Positions 37,638 through 47,669 of a stretch of DNA of 64,000 nucleotides are shown here, piece after piece. Each line of letters opens with the position of its first letter. The first letter of the stretch is position 1. A program made the translations under genes and the position numbers. Origin of the DNA: Terriglobia bacterium. GTDB lineage: Bacteria; Acidobacteriota; Terriglobia; Terriglobales; Acidobacteriaceae. The notes beneath the pieces were generated by a model that worked only from the letters and a program-made list of their open reading frames with translations, did no database searches and was not told the origin of the DNA. The stretch is from positions 206,769-270,768 of the forward strand of contig CAWCQR010000009.1 of assembly GCA_963797725.1 (NCBI GenBank), given 5' to 3'.

Positions 37638-38750
37638 ATGAAGAAGCCAATCCGATTGGATCGCAGGCGTTTTGTGCAGATGGTGGGCGGCACATTGCTG
37701 CCTGGGGCTATCGGCAGCCGGTTCGGCTGGGCGTCTGTGGGCGCTCCAACGCGCCGGGCGAAATTTGCCTACATCGGCGCGGAGCACGCGATCCATGTCT
37801 ATTCGATCGCGGCAGATGGAATATTCACGAAGCGGCAGACTATTGCGAGCGCGCACCCGGTGGCAATGGCAATCCGCAACGGGAATTTATATGTAACTAA
37901 CAGATTGTTTGAGTACGGCAATTTGCCACGCGGGAGTGCGGAGGCATTCGCCATTGACCGGAGTGCTGGTTTGCTCGAATTTAAGAACCGCGTTCCGTTA
38001 TCGCTTTCAGGTATCTTGCCGCAAGACCTGGCACTCGCGCCTGATGGTCGGACTCTCGTGGTGGCGGTGCACGGCGGTGGCGCCTTCAACGTTCTGTCCG
38101 TCGGTGAGGATGGATTGCTTGGCCGCGTGTCGGGAATTCTGAAAGAGACTGGTTCGGGACCCCATGCACAGCAGACGCGGGCGCATCCTTCGGCGCTGGT
38201 ATTCGACCGAATGGGCCGCGTATTGACGGCGGACCAGGGCAGCGATCGGCTCAGTGTACTTTCCATCCACGAGGGCAGGCTTGCGGTAGTTCGCCGGAAC
38301 GAAGTCACGGCCGGCAGCGGGCCGAGTAGCCTGGTGTTGGCTCCAAATGGCAAACGTCTGTTTGTGGCCCACTCACTGAACGGGTCGGTGTCGAGCTTTG
38401 GCTATGACTCGATCTTGGGCAAGATTCTGAAGTGTGAGCAGACCGTTTGGACCGTTCGCGCGCGCGGGACGGCTGCGCTGGCGATGCATCCTTCGGGCGA
38501 GAGTCTGTACAGTTCGCACGGAAATGAGCTTCAAAGCTGGAAGATTGCGGAGAACGGCTCTCTCACATCGTTGCCCGGACCGGATAACGTTCAAGCGACG
38601 AAGCTGCACGTAACGGCGGACGGCGAGAGTTTACTGGCGTTGACCAGCGATGCGGTGTTGAGGATGAAGATTGATTTAAGCACGCGCGTGCTCTCCACAC
38701 CCGTCAGGGTAGCCTCTGTTTCTCAGCCGACGAGCATCGCGATCTTGTAA
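37638..38750 (+). CDS. Tat-exported 7-bladed beta-propeller lactonase family protein
   Basis: 370 aa. Twin-arginine signal LDRRRFVQMVGG. Repeated propeller blades (LAPDGRTLVVA, LAPNGKRLFVAH, MHPSGESLYSSH). Confidence 0.8.
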   Translation: MKKPIRLDRRRFVQMVGGTLLPGAIGSRFGWASVGAPTRRAKFAYIGAEHAIHVYSIAADGIFTKRQTIASAHPVAMAIRNGNLYVTNRLFEYGNLPRGSAEAFAIDRSAGLLEFKNRVPLSLSGILPQDLALAPDGRTLVVAVHGGGAFNVLSVGEDGLLGRVSGILKETGSGPHAQQTRAHPSALVFDRMGRVLTADQGSDRLSVLSIHEGRLAVVRRNEVTAGSGPSSLVLAPNGKRLFVAHSLNGSVSSFGYDSILGKILKCEQTVWTVRARGTAALAMHPSGESLYSSHGNELQSWKIAENGSLTSLPGPDNVQATKLHVTADGESLLALTSDAVLRMKIDLSTRVLSTPVRVASVSQPTSIAIL

Positions 38751-38801
38751 CGCTCGGAGCAGTTGATCGCCAGGATTAAGTAAGAAGGAAGTGGGCCGAC
38801 G

Positions 38802-40187
38802 ATGAAGCTGATAGGTTTGATCCTCGTTGTGCAATTGTGTGTGGCGACGTTTGTATTCGGTCAGATGCCGGGTATGACAAATCATCCAAGCCAGCCACCA
38901 GACGATTCGAATCCGCCGATCGGGGCAACCAGCACCTCCGGCATTACGTTTACGAAAGATGTTGCGCCCATCGTGCAAGAGCATTGCCAGAGCTGCCACC
39001 GTCCCGGTGAAGGGACGCCGTTCTCGTTGACGACCTACGAAGACGCAAGGCCATGGGCAAAGGCCATGAAGCAGATGGTGACGCAGCGTCAGATGCCGCC
39101 CTGGTTCGAGGATGGACATACCGAAAAGTTTGAAAATAACCGGTCACTGACCCAGGCGCAGATTGATACGATTGTTGCCTGGGTGAACGCCGGTGCGCCG
39201 AAGGGCGATGCAAAAGATCTTCCTCCTGAGCGGCAATTCGTTCAAGGATGGTCGATTCCAAAACCGGACGTCATATTCCAACTGCCCAAGCCGTTTTCTA
39301 TCCCCGACAGCGGCGTTCTCGAATATCAATACGTCATTCTGCCCACTGGTTTCACGAAAGACAGGTGGGTTCAGTTTGTAGAAGCGGCGCCGTCGGATCG
39401 CTCCGTGGTGCATCATATTGTCGCGTATGTCCGCCGGCCCGGGTCGAATTATTTCAAGGACCAACCCAAGAATGTGTTCTTCGAAGCGCCACCCTCCAAG
39501 ACGAACGCAAGTGCCGATCCGGATGACGTGCCAAGTGACTGGTTAGTCGGATACGCGCCGGGTCAACCTCCCGACATTTTCAAAGAGGGACAGGCAAAAC
39601 TCGTCCCGGCTGGATCAGATATTGTTCTGGAAGTGCACTACATGCCGGAAGGAAAAGCGACGACGGACCAGGCGAGCGTTGGACTGGTTTTCGCCAAAGA
39701 GCCTCCAAAAGAGCGGGTCATGACTTTGTCGGCGGTGAATGAAAGCTTCAAGATTCCTCCGGGCGATCCAGACTACCGGGTGGATTCCTCTTTCATCGTG
39801 CGCCACGAAGTGACATTGCTGGGCTTACATCCGCACATGCACACGCGGGGCAAAGATATGGCATACCGACTCGTGTTTCCTGACGGAGAAACACGAACCA
39901 TCCTGAATGTGCCGCATTACAACTGGCACTGGCAGCTTTGGTACAACCTGGAAAAACCGATTACGCTGCCGAAGGGAACCAGGATTGAATGCACGGCGCA
40001 TTTCGACAATTCAGCGAACAACCCTGAAAATCCCGACCCGACGAAAACGGTGATTTGGGGGCAACAGAGTTTCGACGAAATGATGGTTTGCTTTTTCAAC
40101 CTGGCATTCCCAGCAGAGTTGTCGGCCAGCGAAATTCTCCCGCTTCCGAAAAAGGACGCACCGCTTGCTCAAAAGGGACAGAAATGA
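38802..40187 (+). CDS. secreted PHM/DBH-like copper type II monooxygenase domain protein with an N-terminal CxxCH module
   Basis: 461 aa. Signal peptide. CQSCHRPGEGTPFSL (planctomycete-type cytochrome-like motif). SVVHHIVAYV (CuH-like HH). HPHMHTRGKDM (CuM-like HxH). Confidence 0.75.
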   Translation: MKLIGLILVVQLCVATFVFGQMPGMTNHPSQPPDDSNPPIGATSTSGITFTKDVAPIVQEHCQSCHRPGEGTPFSLTTYEDARPWAKAMKQMVTQRQMPPWFEDGHTEKFENNRSLTQAQIDTIVAWVNAGAPKGDAKDLPPERQFVQGWSIPKPDVIFQLPKPFSIPDSGVLEYQYVILPTGFTKDRWVQFVEAAPSDRSVVHHIVAYVRRPGSNYFKDQPKNVFFEAPPSKTNASADPDDVPSDWLVGYAPGQPPDIFKEGQAKLVPAGSDIVLEVHYMPEGKATTDQASVGLVFAKEPPKERVMTLSAVNESFKIPPGDPDYRVDSSFIVRHEVTLLGLHPHMHTRGKDMAYRLVFPDGETRTILNVPHYNWHWQLWYNLEKPITLPKGTRIECTAHFDNSANNPENPDPTKTVIWGQQSFDEMMVCFFNLAFPAELSASEILPLPKKDAPLAQKGQK

Positions 40188-40227
40188 ATAGTCTGCCGCC
40201 TGGCCCGGCATCCATCACGCTTGAATT

Positions 40228-41587
40228 TTATTGGTTCACTCTGACCTGGTAGCGAAGTCGCGTCTTGTAGCCGAGAATGCGTTGAATGTCGAGAGCGAGA
40301 CTGTCGAGTCCTGCTTTCGGTGAGGTCTTGCCGCGAACAATTTCAGAGAGATGAACCTCCATCGCTTCGGTCATCAAGGCAGCTTCCGGTATTGTCGGCT
40401 TCAGCTTCGCTACGGGGATGGCGGATAAAAAAGTTGAAGTGTATGGGATGTCTTTTACTTTGGGGTCGTCGTACGTCGATTTCTTTAGCGACCCGCTTCC
40501 TTGCAATGTTTGTTGGACCTGTACCTGGTTGGACATTGCCCACTCGATGAATCGATAGGCTTCGCGAGGATGTTTCGATTCCGCAGGGATGAGATAGGTT
40601 AGACCTTCCATTTGGCTGAAAGATTCAAAGGAATCCGAAGGCACCAGACCGTAACCAATTTTCCCTGCAACCTTGGAGATCTTGGGATCTTCCAGGAATG
40701 CGGCCTGATCGTTCCACAGCAAACCCATGAATACCTGTCCCTGCTGCATTGCGGTTTGCGCTTCATTCCAGCCATAGTTCAGCGTTTCGGGAGGGCTGAA
40801 GGGGATCAGCTTGACGTACTGCTCAGTGGCCGTAACGTTTTGGGGAGAGTTCACCACGACATCGCCATATTTCCAACCGTGCCGAATATCGAGGATGTTC
40901 CCGCCAAACGAATAGGCGAAGTTCAGCCACTCGTACCAAAGCGCGAGTCCTTGCTTTCCCTGAATGTAAGTGCCGTAGAAATGCTCGTCGGGTCGCGTGA
41001 AGAACTCTGCTACCTGCATATACTCCGCCCAAGTGGCAGGCGGTTTCAGTTCGCGACGATAGCGAGCTTTGAAACTTGGTTTGGTTTAACGGGTCATCCA
41101 GAAGATCCTTGCGATAGCACAGGAACGTCGTCAGCCCGGTGAACGGATAACCATAAGTGGCGGTCCCGTAAGAACTGAGTTCGCGCCACCAGTCGGGAAA
41201 TAATTGTTGATCGGGCACGAAGGTGGCGTCATGCAGAGTGGTGTCGGCGAGAAAGGCATCAATCGGTAAGAGCTGATTTTTCTGAACCATAGCGCCAAGC
41301 CACCGGTGCCGCATCACAACTACGTCCAACGCGCCCTCGCGGAAGGTTGGCCCTCGATCGAGATCGCTCATGATCGTTTGATCGTTTTTGTGCAGCACTT
41401 CCACGTGCATGCCGGTCTGCTTTTCGAAGTTGCCGATCATTCCTGTTTTCGTCAGGGAATTGAGAAACCATTCGTCTCCCGCCAAACGGATGGTAAGTGG
41501 TTTTCGCAGGCAACTGAGATGTAAGAAGAGGACAACGAGCAGCGGAATCAGGACGAACAGTTTCTTCCTGGCGAACGACTGTTGCAT
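40228..41587 (-). pseudogene. frameshifted extracellular solute-binding protein (ABC sugar-binding, family 1)
   Basis: Two overlapping ORFs (40823-41587 and 40228-41019) are the N- and C-terminal parts of one SBP. The reading ...CYRKDLLDDPLNQTKF continues as KARYRRELKPPATWAEYMQVAEFF in the other frame if one nucleotide near 41071 is removed. No permease or ATPase genes are nearby. Confidence 0.75.
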
Positions 41588-41715
41588 GGCTGGAATCCTA
41601 AATCATCGACCACGATGGAAATGAAGTATTCACGCGGAAGGATTTCCCCAGTCCCGTTTGAGTAACTTCTTGGCCTTTGGTGATAACCAAGGCTGGGGCC
41701 GCAGGTCAGTCGGTT

Positions 41716-42702
41716 CTACCTCTTGAGAGAATTGCCCGAGAACCACAGGAATTTGACCGGAGCGTCGCTGGAATTAATGTTCGAATGAGTCATGGATTGG
41801 TCCGGACGAATCATATAGGCCATTCCCGGACGCTGAACGCGCAACTCGGTGCCGATGAATGCCAGGCTGTTGCCATCAATCGCTGCCCAGATTTCTTCCT
41901 GGCCTGGATTGTGCGGATGCGGTTCACCCATGGTCATCGGATCGATCGTGACTGTAATCAGATCGCCGATGGTGGCCAAGCCGTCTGTTTTGGAGAAGAG
42001 ATCTCTTACTACGTGGGCCCAATGTCCGGAGGCGCCAGGAAGCGTGTACGGCGATGCAGCCATCGGGGTCCTGACCGGAACTTGGCGCTCGTTCGTAACC
42101 AGCATTTGTTTGGCGGGAACAAAGTTCGGGGGAGTCGGTTCGCTGACCACATATGTTGTTAGCTCTCCGTCACCTGTGTTCTTCATGACGAATTCCATGT
42201 CCGCCGGAACGAACACCGCAATGTCTTTGTGGAGCGTCGCGGTTTTCCCGCCAGCAGTAATTTCTCCAGTTCCACTCGCCACGTAAAAGACAATTTGCTC
42301 ATGGTCCAGACGTGAGGGTGTTGTGGAATTACCCGGGGCAAGACGTCCGAGCGCAAGGAAATTGGCGGCTTGCAATACCGCTCCGGGCTGTGGTGGATTG
42401 AAGTTGTCGCCGCGAGTGAGAATATCGCGCAGGACCAAAGAGCCAAAGGCGTGACGTGGCATCGAATCGTGCCAGTCACCGATGAACATATCAATTCTTC
42501 GGTCCAGCGAATCCCTGGATGGCTGATACCGCACCGCTCCCGGTCCGTCGAAACTATTGCCTCCAGCGGAGGGCGTCGTTACGGGCGGCTTGGCGACGAC
42601 TTGCGCCGCTACAGGCGCCAATGAGATGACAAGCAACGACAATGCCATGCCAACAAAATTTCTGCCGGACAACCAGCTTCTGCTTCTCTGGATTTCGTTC
42701 AT
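41716..42702 (-). CDS. secreted bicupin protein, paralog 1 (function unknown)
   Basis: 328 aa. Signal peptide. Second barrel has cupin motifs GEPHPHNPGQEEIW and HSNIN. Aligns end to end with 52010-53005 and 53036-53887. Confidence 0.75.
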   Translation of the reverse strand: MNEIQRSRSWLSGRNFVGMALSLLVISLAPVAAQVVAKPPVTTPSAGGNSFDGPGAVRYQPSRDSLDRRIDMFIGDWHDSMPRHAFGSLVLRDILTRGDNFNPPQPGAVLQAANFLALGRLAPGNSTTPSRLDHEQIVFYVASGTGEITAGGKTATLHKDIAVFVPADMEFVMKNTGDGELTTYVVSEPTPPNFVPAKQMLVTNERQVPVRTPMAASPYTLPGASGHWAHVVRDLFSKTDGLATIGDLITVTIDPMTMGEPHPHNPGQEEIWAAIDGNSLAFIGTELRVQRPGMAYMIRPDQSMTHSNINSSDAPVKFLWFSGNSLKR

Positions 42703-42763
42703 TGGTCTCCCCCCGACTCCTCGATGTCAGTTGTCTGTCACGTGTTCGTTGAGATTGATCTGG

Positions 42764-43783
42764 TTAGCGTGCCATCGCGTAAGCGAGACCGTCGGCACCT
42801 GCGCCTGCGTCAATGATGTGCTGAACCTTCCAATCCGAAAGACTAATGACAGCTACCTTTCCACTCTGGTCGCACGAGACGTACGCGAACTTGCCATCGG
42901 GAGAAATGATCACCTCCTGAGGTCTGGCAGGAAGATCAATCGTATGGGCTACCTTCATGGTGTTGAGATCCACCACACCCACCTGATGCACCAGTGGCAG
43001 CGCGATGACGAGCCAGTGTCCGTCAGCGGTCGGCGCGCTTCCGTAGCCGAGACCGGGTAACTGTACCCAGGTCTTAATTTTATTGGTGGCGGTATCGATG
43101 ACGGCAAGTTGAGGCTTGGTTACATCGGAAGTGAAAACCAGCTTGTCGTCAACCGAAAGCGAGATGCGTTGAATCTGAGGAGAAACCGGAATGATGGCGA
43201 GAGTTCGTCGCGCGTCAAGATCGAGAACGGAGACGGTTCCCGGCCCCACGTTTGCGGTGTAACCGCGGTGACCGTCGCGGGTGATCGCCAGCATGTGCGA
43301 CTGCTCCTGCCCGGTTGGAACGGAGCCGATGATTTTCAGCGTGGCCGGATCAATGATGCTGACTGATTTTTCCAGTTCGGTTGTAACGTACAACAGGCCG
43401 TCCTTCGGATTGAACACCGGACAGTGCGGCCGCACACCTTTGCCAAAATCAACATTGCCAGTAACTTTTCGGGTGGCCAGATCGACGACCACCATGTTGG
43501 TGCCGTCAGTGCCGGGTTGGCCCACGCCCGAGTTCCCGTAGATCGGGACGTAGACAAGTTTGCCGTCCGGGGATGTCGTGATCTCGTGTCCAGTCACTCC
43601 GCCTTCCGGAACCTCGGCCACCTGCCGTCCGGCGGCGGGATCGATGATGCCTACACTATTGGTTCCTTTATTCGCCACGAGAAGCGTTCCGCTTTGTGAA
43701 GACTTCGGAGAAGTTTGGGCAGACATAAGAAAGGAGAGTAATGGTACGACCGCCAGCATGAATATCGGTTGCAATCGTCGCAT
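42764..43783 (-). CDS. secreted YVTN-type beta-propeller repeat protein
   Basis: 339 aa. Signal peptide. Repeated units of about 40 residues (SPDGKLVYVP, TRDGHRGYTANVGPGTVSVLD, SPDGKFAYVSCDQSGKVAVI). Confidence 0.8.
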   Translation of the reverse strand: MRRLQPIFMLAVVPLLSFLMSAQTSPKSSQSGTLLVANKGTNSVGIIDPAAGRQVAEVPEGGVTGHEITTSPDGKLVYVPIYGNSGVGQPGTDGTNMVVVDLATRKVTGNVDFGKGVRPHCPVFNPKDGLLYVTTELEKSVSIIDPATLKIIGSVPTGQEQSHMLAITRDGHRGYTANVGPGTVSVLDLDARRTLAIIPVSPQIQRISLSVDDKLVFTSDVTKPQLAVIDTATNKIKTWVQLPGLGYGSAPTADGHWLVIALPLVHQVGVVDLNTMKVAHTIDLPARPQEVIISPDGKFAYVSCDQSGKVAVISLSDWKVQHIIDAGAGADGLAYAMAR

Positions 43784-43994
43784 TTAAAACCTCGTTCGTG
43801 ACAAGCTAACTGAACGCGCGCAATCCGGGAGGGAAAATTTCAGCTAATCATAATATCATAATGCTTGAAATTCCGAGTCTTTCAACGTCTGCGCAGCACT
43901 TCACTTGCGCAGATCCGAATCTCCTACTTCCCGCGCAATGAAATCGATGGCGGATGACAAAAAAGATGACTACGCCATATTTGTCAGCGCTTCG

Positions 43995-44957
43995 TTAGTA
44001 TTCCCCGGTTACCACATTCACCAAGGGCTCACCCTTTGCAAAACGCTCCACCTGAGCGCTGGCCAAGACAAAAAGCCGCTTCATGAACTTTGCGCTGTCC
44101 CCAGCAACGTGCGGAGTGATGAGGAGATTGGGAGCGTTCCATAAGGGATGTCCCGGCGGGAGCGGCTCCGGGTCGGTCACATCGATGGCGGCGCGAAGTC
44201 TTTTTTCATTGAGCGCTTGCAGCAACGCGTCACTGTCGACGATCCCGCCGCGTGCGGCATTCACCAGCAGAGCCCCGGACCTCATCATCGCGAGACGTTT
44301 GGCATCCATCAAGTGCCGCGTTTCGGAAGTTAACGGCACGATCAAAATCACGATGTCAGACTGGCCCAGAAACTCGTCCAGCTTGCTCTCTGGTTCAACC
44401 CCCACTCGCGGGGTTCGCGCGATACGCAAAAACTTTGGACCGAACGGCGCGAGCCGCGTTTCTATGGCCTTTCCGATGGATCCATACCCGACGATCAGAA
44501 TTGTGGAGTCCGCCACTTCGTCCAGCAGCGCGGGGGGATTTGTGTCTGCACCATGCGATAGACGGTAGATCTCCCGTGCTTCCAGGCGCCGGCTCCAGTC
44601 ACCCTGCTTCTGGAGATCAACATAGAACGGAAGGTATTTCTGCATCGCCAGGACTGCAGTCACTGCCCATTCGGCGGTCGGAATGTCATGAACTCCGCGG
44701 GCATCGCAAAAGATGATCTCGGGAGGAAAGATTCGCCGGACCAAATCCACCCCCGCCCAGGGAGCCTGAACCACGCGTACACCTTTTAAGTGCGACCACT
44801 GACTCTGCACTACTTTTGGAGACGGCGACAATGGGATCCAGAACTCTATTTCAGTTGCGGTCTGCGCATCTCTGGCGATTCTGACTACCTGGGCCTGCTT
44901 TGTGAAGTCTTTCAACAGCGCGTCGTCCACGGCCGCATCCACTCCGACTCGAACCAT
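43995..44957 (-). CDS. D-isomer-specific 2-hydroxyacid dehydrogenase family protein
   Basis: NAD fold ILIVGYGSIGKAIE, RLRAAIDVTDPEPLP and ITPHVAG. ATG 44957 with GGAGG 5 nt upstream is preferred over the track start 44996. Confidence 0.85.
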   Translation of the reverse strand: MVRVGVDAAVDDALLKDFTKQAQVVRIARDAQTATEIEFWIPLSPSPKVVQSQWSHLKGVRVVQAPWAGVDLVRRIFPPEIIFCDARGVHDIPTAEWAVTAVLAMQKYLPFYVDLQKQGDWSRRLEAREIYRLSHGADTNPPALLDEVADSTILIVGYGSIGKAIETRLAPFGPKFLRIARTPRVGVEPESKLDEFLGQSDIVILIVPLTSETRHLMDAKRLAMMRSGALLVNAARGGIVDSDALLQALNEKRLRAAIDVTDPEPLPPGHPLWNAPNLLITPHVAGDSAKFMKRLFVLASAQVERFAKGEPLVNVVTGEY

Positions 44958-45072
44958 TATTTCCTCCACTTCCACAATATAAGCGGGAAGAGTCAAAGGC
45001 CAAATGCGAAGGACGAGCTTCCGTGGGCAGCAAATTGATTGACGCCCAAGCTAATGGTGGTATCATATCACC

Positions 45073-45528
45073 ATGAAAATGCGCTTGGTGGTTTTAGCTC
45101 TCTCCCTGGTCGTTATCTCGCTGACCGTCAAAGCTGCAGACATGCCTGCAGGCGGCTTTGCCGGCACATGGAAAGCAAATTTCGCGAAGTCCAAATTTCC
45201 CGGGCCGCCTCCACAGGTGGACATGGCGACCGTCGATCCTGATGGCACGGTCACCATCAACGAAACTACTTCCGAGGGCAAGAGTATTTCCTGGCACTAC
45301 AAGCCGATTGAAGGGCAAGCCGTACCCATTATTGGCCGGGACAATACGACCGTACTGGTAAAAAAAGTGAACGATCACACCAACGAGCAGATCTGGAATT
45401 CCAACGGTAAGACGAATAAGAGCAAAGCGGTCCTGTCGAAAGACGGCAAGACGACGACTTTCACAATGGATGGGACTGACAAAGACGGCAAGCCCTTCCA
45501 CGAACTGGTTGTGTACGACAAACAGTGA
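45073..45528 (+). CDS. small secreted lipocalin-like hypothetical protein
   Basis: 151 aa. Signal peptide. AGTWKANFAKSKF start and a beta-rich repeat pattern. Confidence 0.65.
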   Translation: MKMRLVVLALSLVVISLTVKAADMPAGGFAGTWKANFAKSKFPGPPPQVDMATVDPDGTVTINETTSEGKSISWHYKPIEGQAVPIIGRDNTTVLVKKVNDHTNEQIWNSNGKTNKSKAVLSKDGKTTTFTMDGTDKDGKPFHELVVYDKQ

Positions 45529-45550
45529 AGATTAACCTCACAAGTTTTGC

Positions 45551-45576
45551 CTGCGGCCGGGATCTACCGGCCGCAG
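45551..45576. terminator. bidirectional hairpin between convergent genes
   Basis: ctgcggccgg (45551-45560), loop gatcta, ccggccgcag (45567-45576). Perfect 10-bp GC-rich stem. No clear U-tract on either side. Confidence 0.55.
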
Positions 45577-45722
45577 TCTCAACCCTTCCCGCGGAAGAAT
45601 ACTCTTAACGCTTCTCCCCGTTACGTTGTGAGCAAATTGTTGTTTTGCGGATAATCATAGGCGTCTGACGCACAGTGGCGAAGATGCCAGCGGTGGCGAC
45701 AGAAAGCTCTGCCCAACAAAAC

Positions 45723-47669
45723 TTACGGTAAGGCGAATGCGATTACAGAATCGCCCGCCGTCGTGTCGTAGAAACTGCCGCCGCTCGCGATGGTGACTAC
45801 ATATTGCTTGCCGCCTTTACCCTGATAGGTCATGGGAGTGACGTAAGATCCCGTGTCGAGCTTGGTCTCCCACAACACTTTCCCTGTCGCAGCCTCGAAC
45901 GCGCGGAATCGCTGATCGTTCGTTGCCCCGATGAACAAGAGTCCTCCTGCTGTACTAATCGAACCTCCAAAGTTCAACGTCCCCGTTCCGTGAACGCCTT
46001 TGGCTTCCAGTTCCTCGATGATCCCGAACGGCACCTTCCATGCGACTTCGCCCGTATTCACGTTGATGGCCCAAAGCTGTCCCCAGGGTGGTTGCTGGCA
46101 CGGCCAGAATTTGTCGTTGTTCCAGAATCGTGCATAGAAACCCCAGGGGCTGGTTCGCTCATAGAAGGGATCTGAACCGTCTGCGGTTTTAGTGACCTTG
46201 CCAACGTCGGCAATATCCACGGTATTTATGAAGAGATATCCCAAGGTCGGGTTGAACGACATGCCGGGCCAGTTCGTCGTCCCAAGCGTGCCCGGAAAAA
46301 CTACAGTCAGCTTGGGGCCATAGTGGGTATAGGGACCGCCGCTTTGCATGCCGCCTTCGGTGGCGAAAAGATCGGTGCAGAATTTCTTTTGTTCGGGGGT
46401 CACCGAAGCGATTTCGTCAGGGCCGAAAGTGTTGCGCCCCAATGGTGGCGGCTTCAGAGGAAACGGTTGTGTGGGCCAGCTGGCTTCGCCAGGTATTTCG
46501 CTCGCGGGTACTGGGCGTTCCTCCACTCCGTAGATCGACTTACCATCGCGCCGATCGAGGATAAACATCAGGCCGTTCTTCCCAATGATCGCTACCGCAG
46601 GAATCTTTGTTCCGCCTTGAACTACATCCATGAGCACGGGAGAAGATTCGAGGTCGTAGTCCCAGGTGTCATGATGAACGACCTGGAAATACCACGCGAG
46701 TTTCCCGGTGTCGGCATGGAGCGCGACTAACGAGTTGCCAAAGAGATTCTTGCCCTTTCGATCGGAGCCATAAAAGTCGTACGCGGGCGATCCGAAGGGA
46801 AGAAATATCAAACCTCTCTCGAGGTCGAGACTCATAAAGCCCCAGACGTTGGTACCGGAGCGGTTCTTCCAGCTATTACCCTCCCAGGTGTCATTGCCGG
46901 TTTCACCGGGGTGAGGCACAGAATGAAAACGCCACACCAACTTCCCGGTGTGTACGTCCCACGCTCGCGGATCGCCCGCAGCGCCCGTGCCCGGCGACTC
47001 TTGAATCTGGCCGCCGACGATAGCGAGATCCTTATAGATAGTGACTGGCGAGGTGACGTCAAATTGGGCGTTCGGGAAACCATTCAAAATGTCCGTCTTT
47101 ATGTCTACGGCGCCGTTCTCTCCGAAGCCTGCGGTGGGCTTTCCGGTTTCTGCATTCAGGGAGATCAAGCGCCCGTCGCTCGTTCCGAAAAGAATCGATG
47201 CAGGCGTTCTGGAATCTCCATGCCAGAAAGCCACGCCACGGCCTGCTGGCCGGCCATGATCCAGTTTGTAAGACCATAATTCCTGACCTGTCTCTGGGTC
47301 GAGGGCGATGACAGTTCCGTACGGCGTCGGCATGTACAGCTTGCCATTTACGACGATAGGAGTGGCCTGGGAGGAACGTCTCCCGCCGCCTCTGCCAGCC
47401 GCTCCTGCTGCCAAAGGCCGAGGCCCATCCTTCTTCATGTGATAGGTCCACGCTCGCGTGAGGTTCTGAACATTCTGAGTATTGATCTGGTTGAGAGGAG
47501 AGAATCTGGTGCTTGATTCATCATGACCGTACATCGGCCAATCGGATTGGCACCACGCGAGTGAGCCCGGCAATGCGATCAAGCAGAAAGCGGCAAAAAT
47601 CCCGAGCTTCGCGTTTGACTGGCTGATCATTTGTCCAAATTTTGACGTGCAATATTTTTTCAAGGTCAT
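45723..47669 (-). CDS. secreted PQQ-dependent dehydrogenase (glucose/quinate-type 8-bladed propeller)
   Basis: ALHADTGKLAWYFQVVHHDTWDYD, AINVNTGEVAWKVPFG and repeated W-motif blades. No vicinal Cys pair. The start is set to ATG 47669 (MTLKK...), which forms an ATGA overlap with the upstream stop. The track start is 47693. Confidence 0.9.
   Translation of the reverse strand: MTLKKYCTSKFGQMISQSNAKLGIFAAFCLIALPGSLAWCQSDWPMYGHDESSTRFSPLNQINTQNVQNLTRAWTYHMKKDGPRPLAAGAAGRGGGRRSSQATPIVVNGKLYMPTPYGTVIALDPETGQELWSYKLDHGRPAGRGVAFWHGDSRTPASILFGTSDGRLISLNAETGKPTAGFGENGAVDIKTDILNGFPNAQFDVTSPVTIYKDLAIVGGQIQESPGTGAAGDPRAWDVHTGKLVWRFHSVPHPGETGNDTWEGNSWKNRSGTNVWGFMSLDLERGLIFLPFGSPAYDFYGSDRKGKNLFGNSLVALHADTGKLAWYFQVVHHDTWDYDLESSPVLMDVVQGGTKIPAVAIIGKNGLMFILDRRDGKSIYGVEERPVPASEIPGEASWPTQPFPLKPPPLGRNTFGPDEIASVTPEQKKFCTDLFATEGGMQSGGPYTHYGPKLTVVFPGTLGTTNWPGMSFNPTLGYLFINTVDIADVGKVTKTADGSDPFYERTSPWGFYARFWNNDKFWPCQQPPWGQLWAINVNTGEVAWKVPFGIIEELEAKGVHGTGTLNFGGSISTAGGLLFIGATNDQRFRAFEAATGKVLWETKLDTGSYVTPMTYQGKGGKQYVVTIASGGSFYDTTAGDSVIAFALP

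Noticed and set aside
40612-41142. 176-aa ORF on the plus strand
   Set aside because: Antisense to the frameshifted solute-binding pseudogene.
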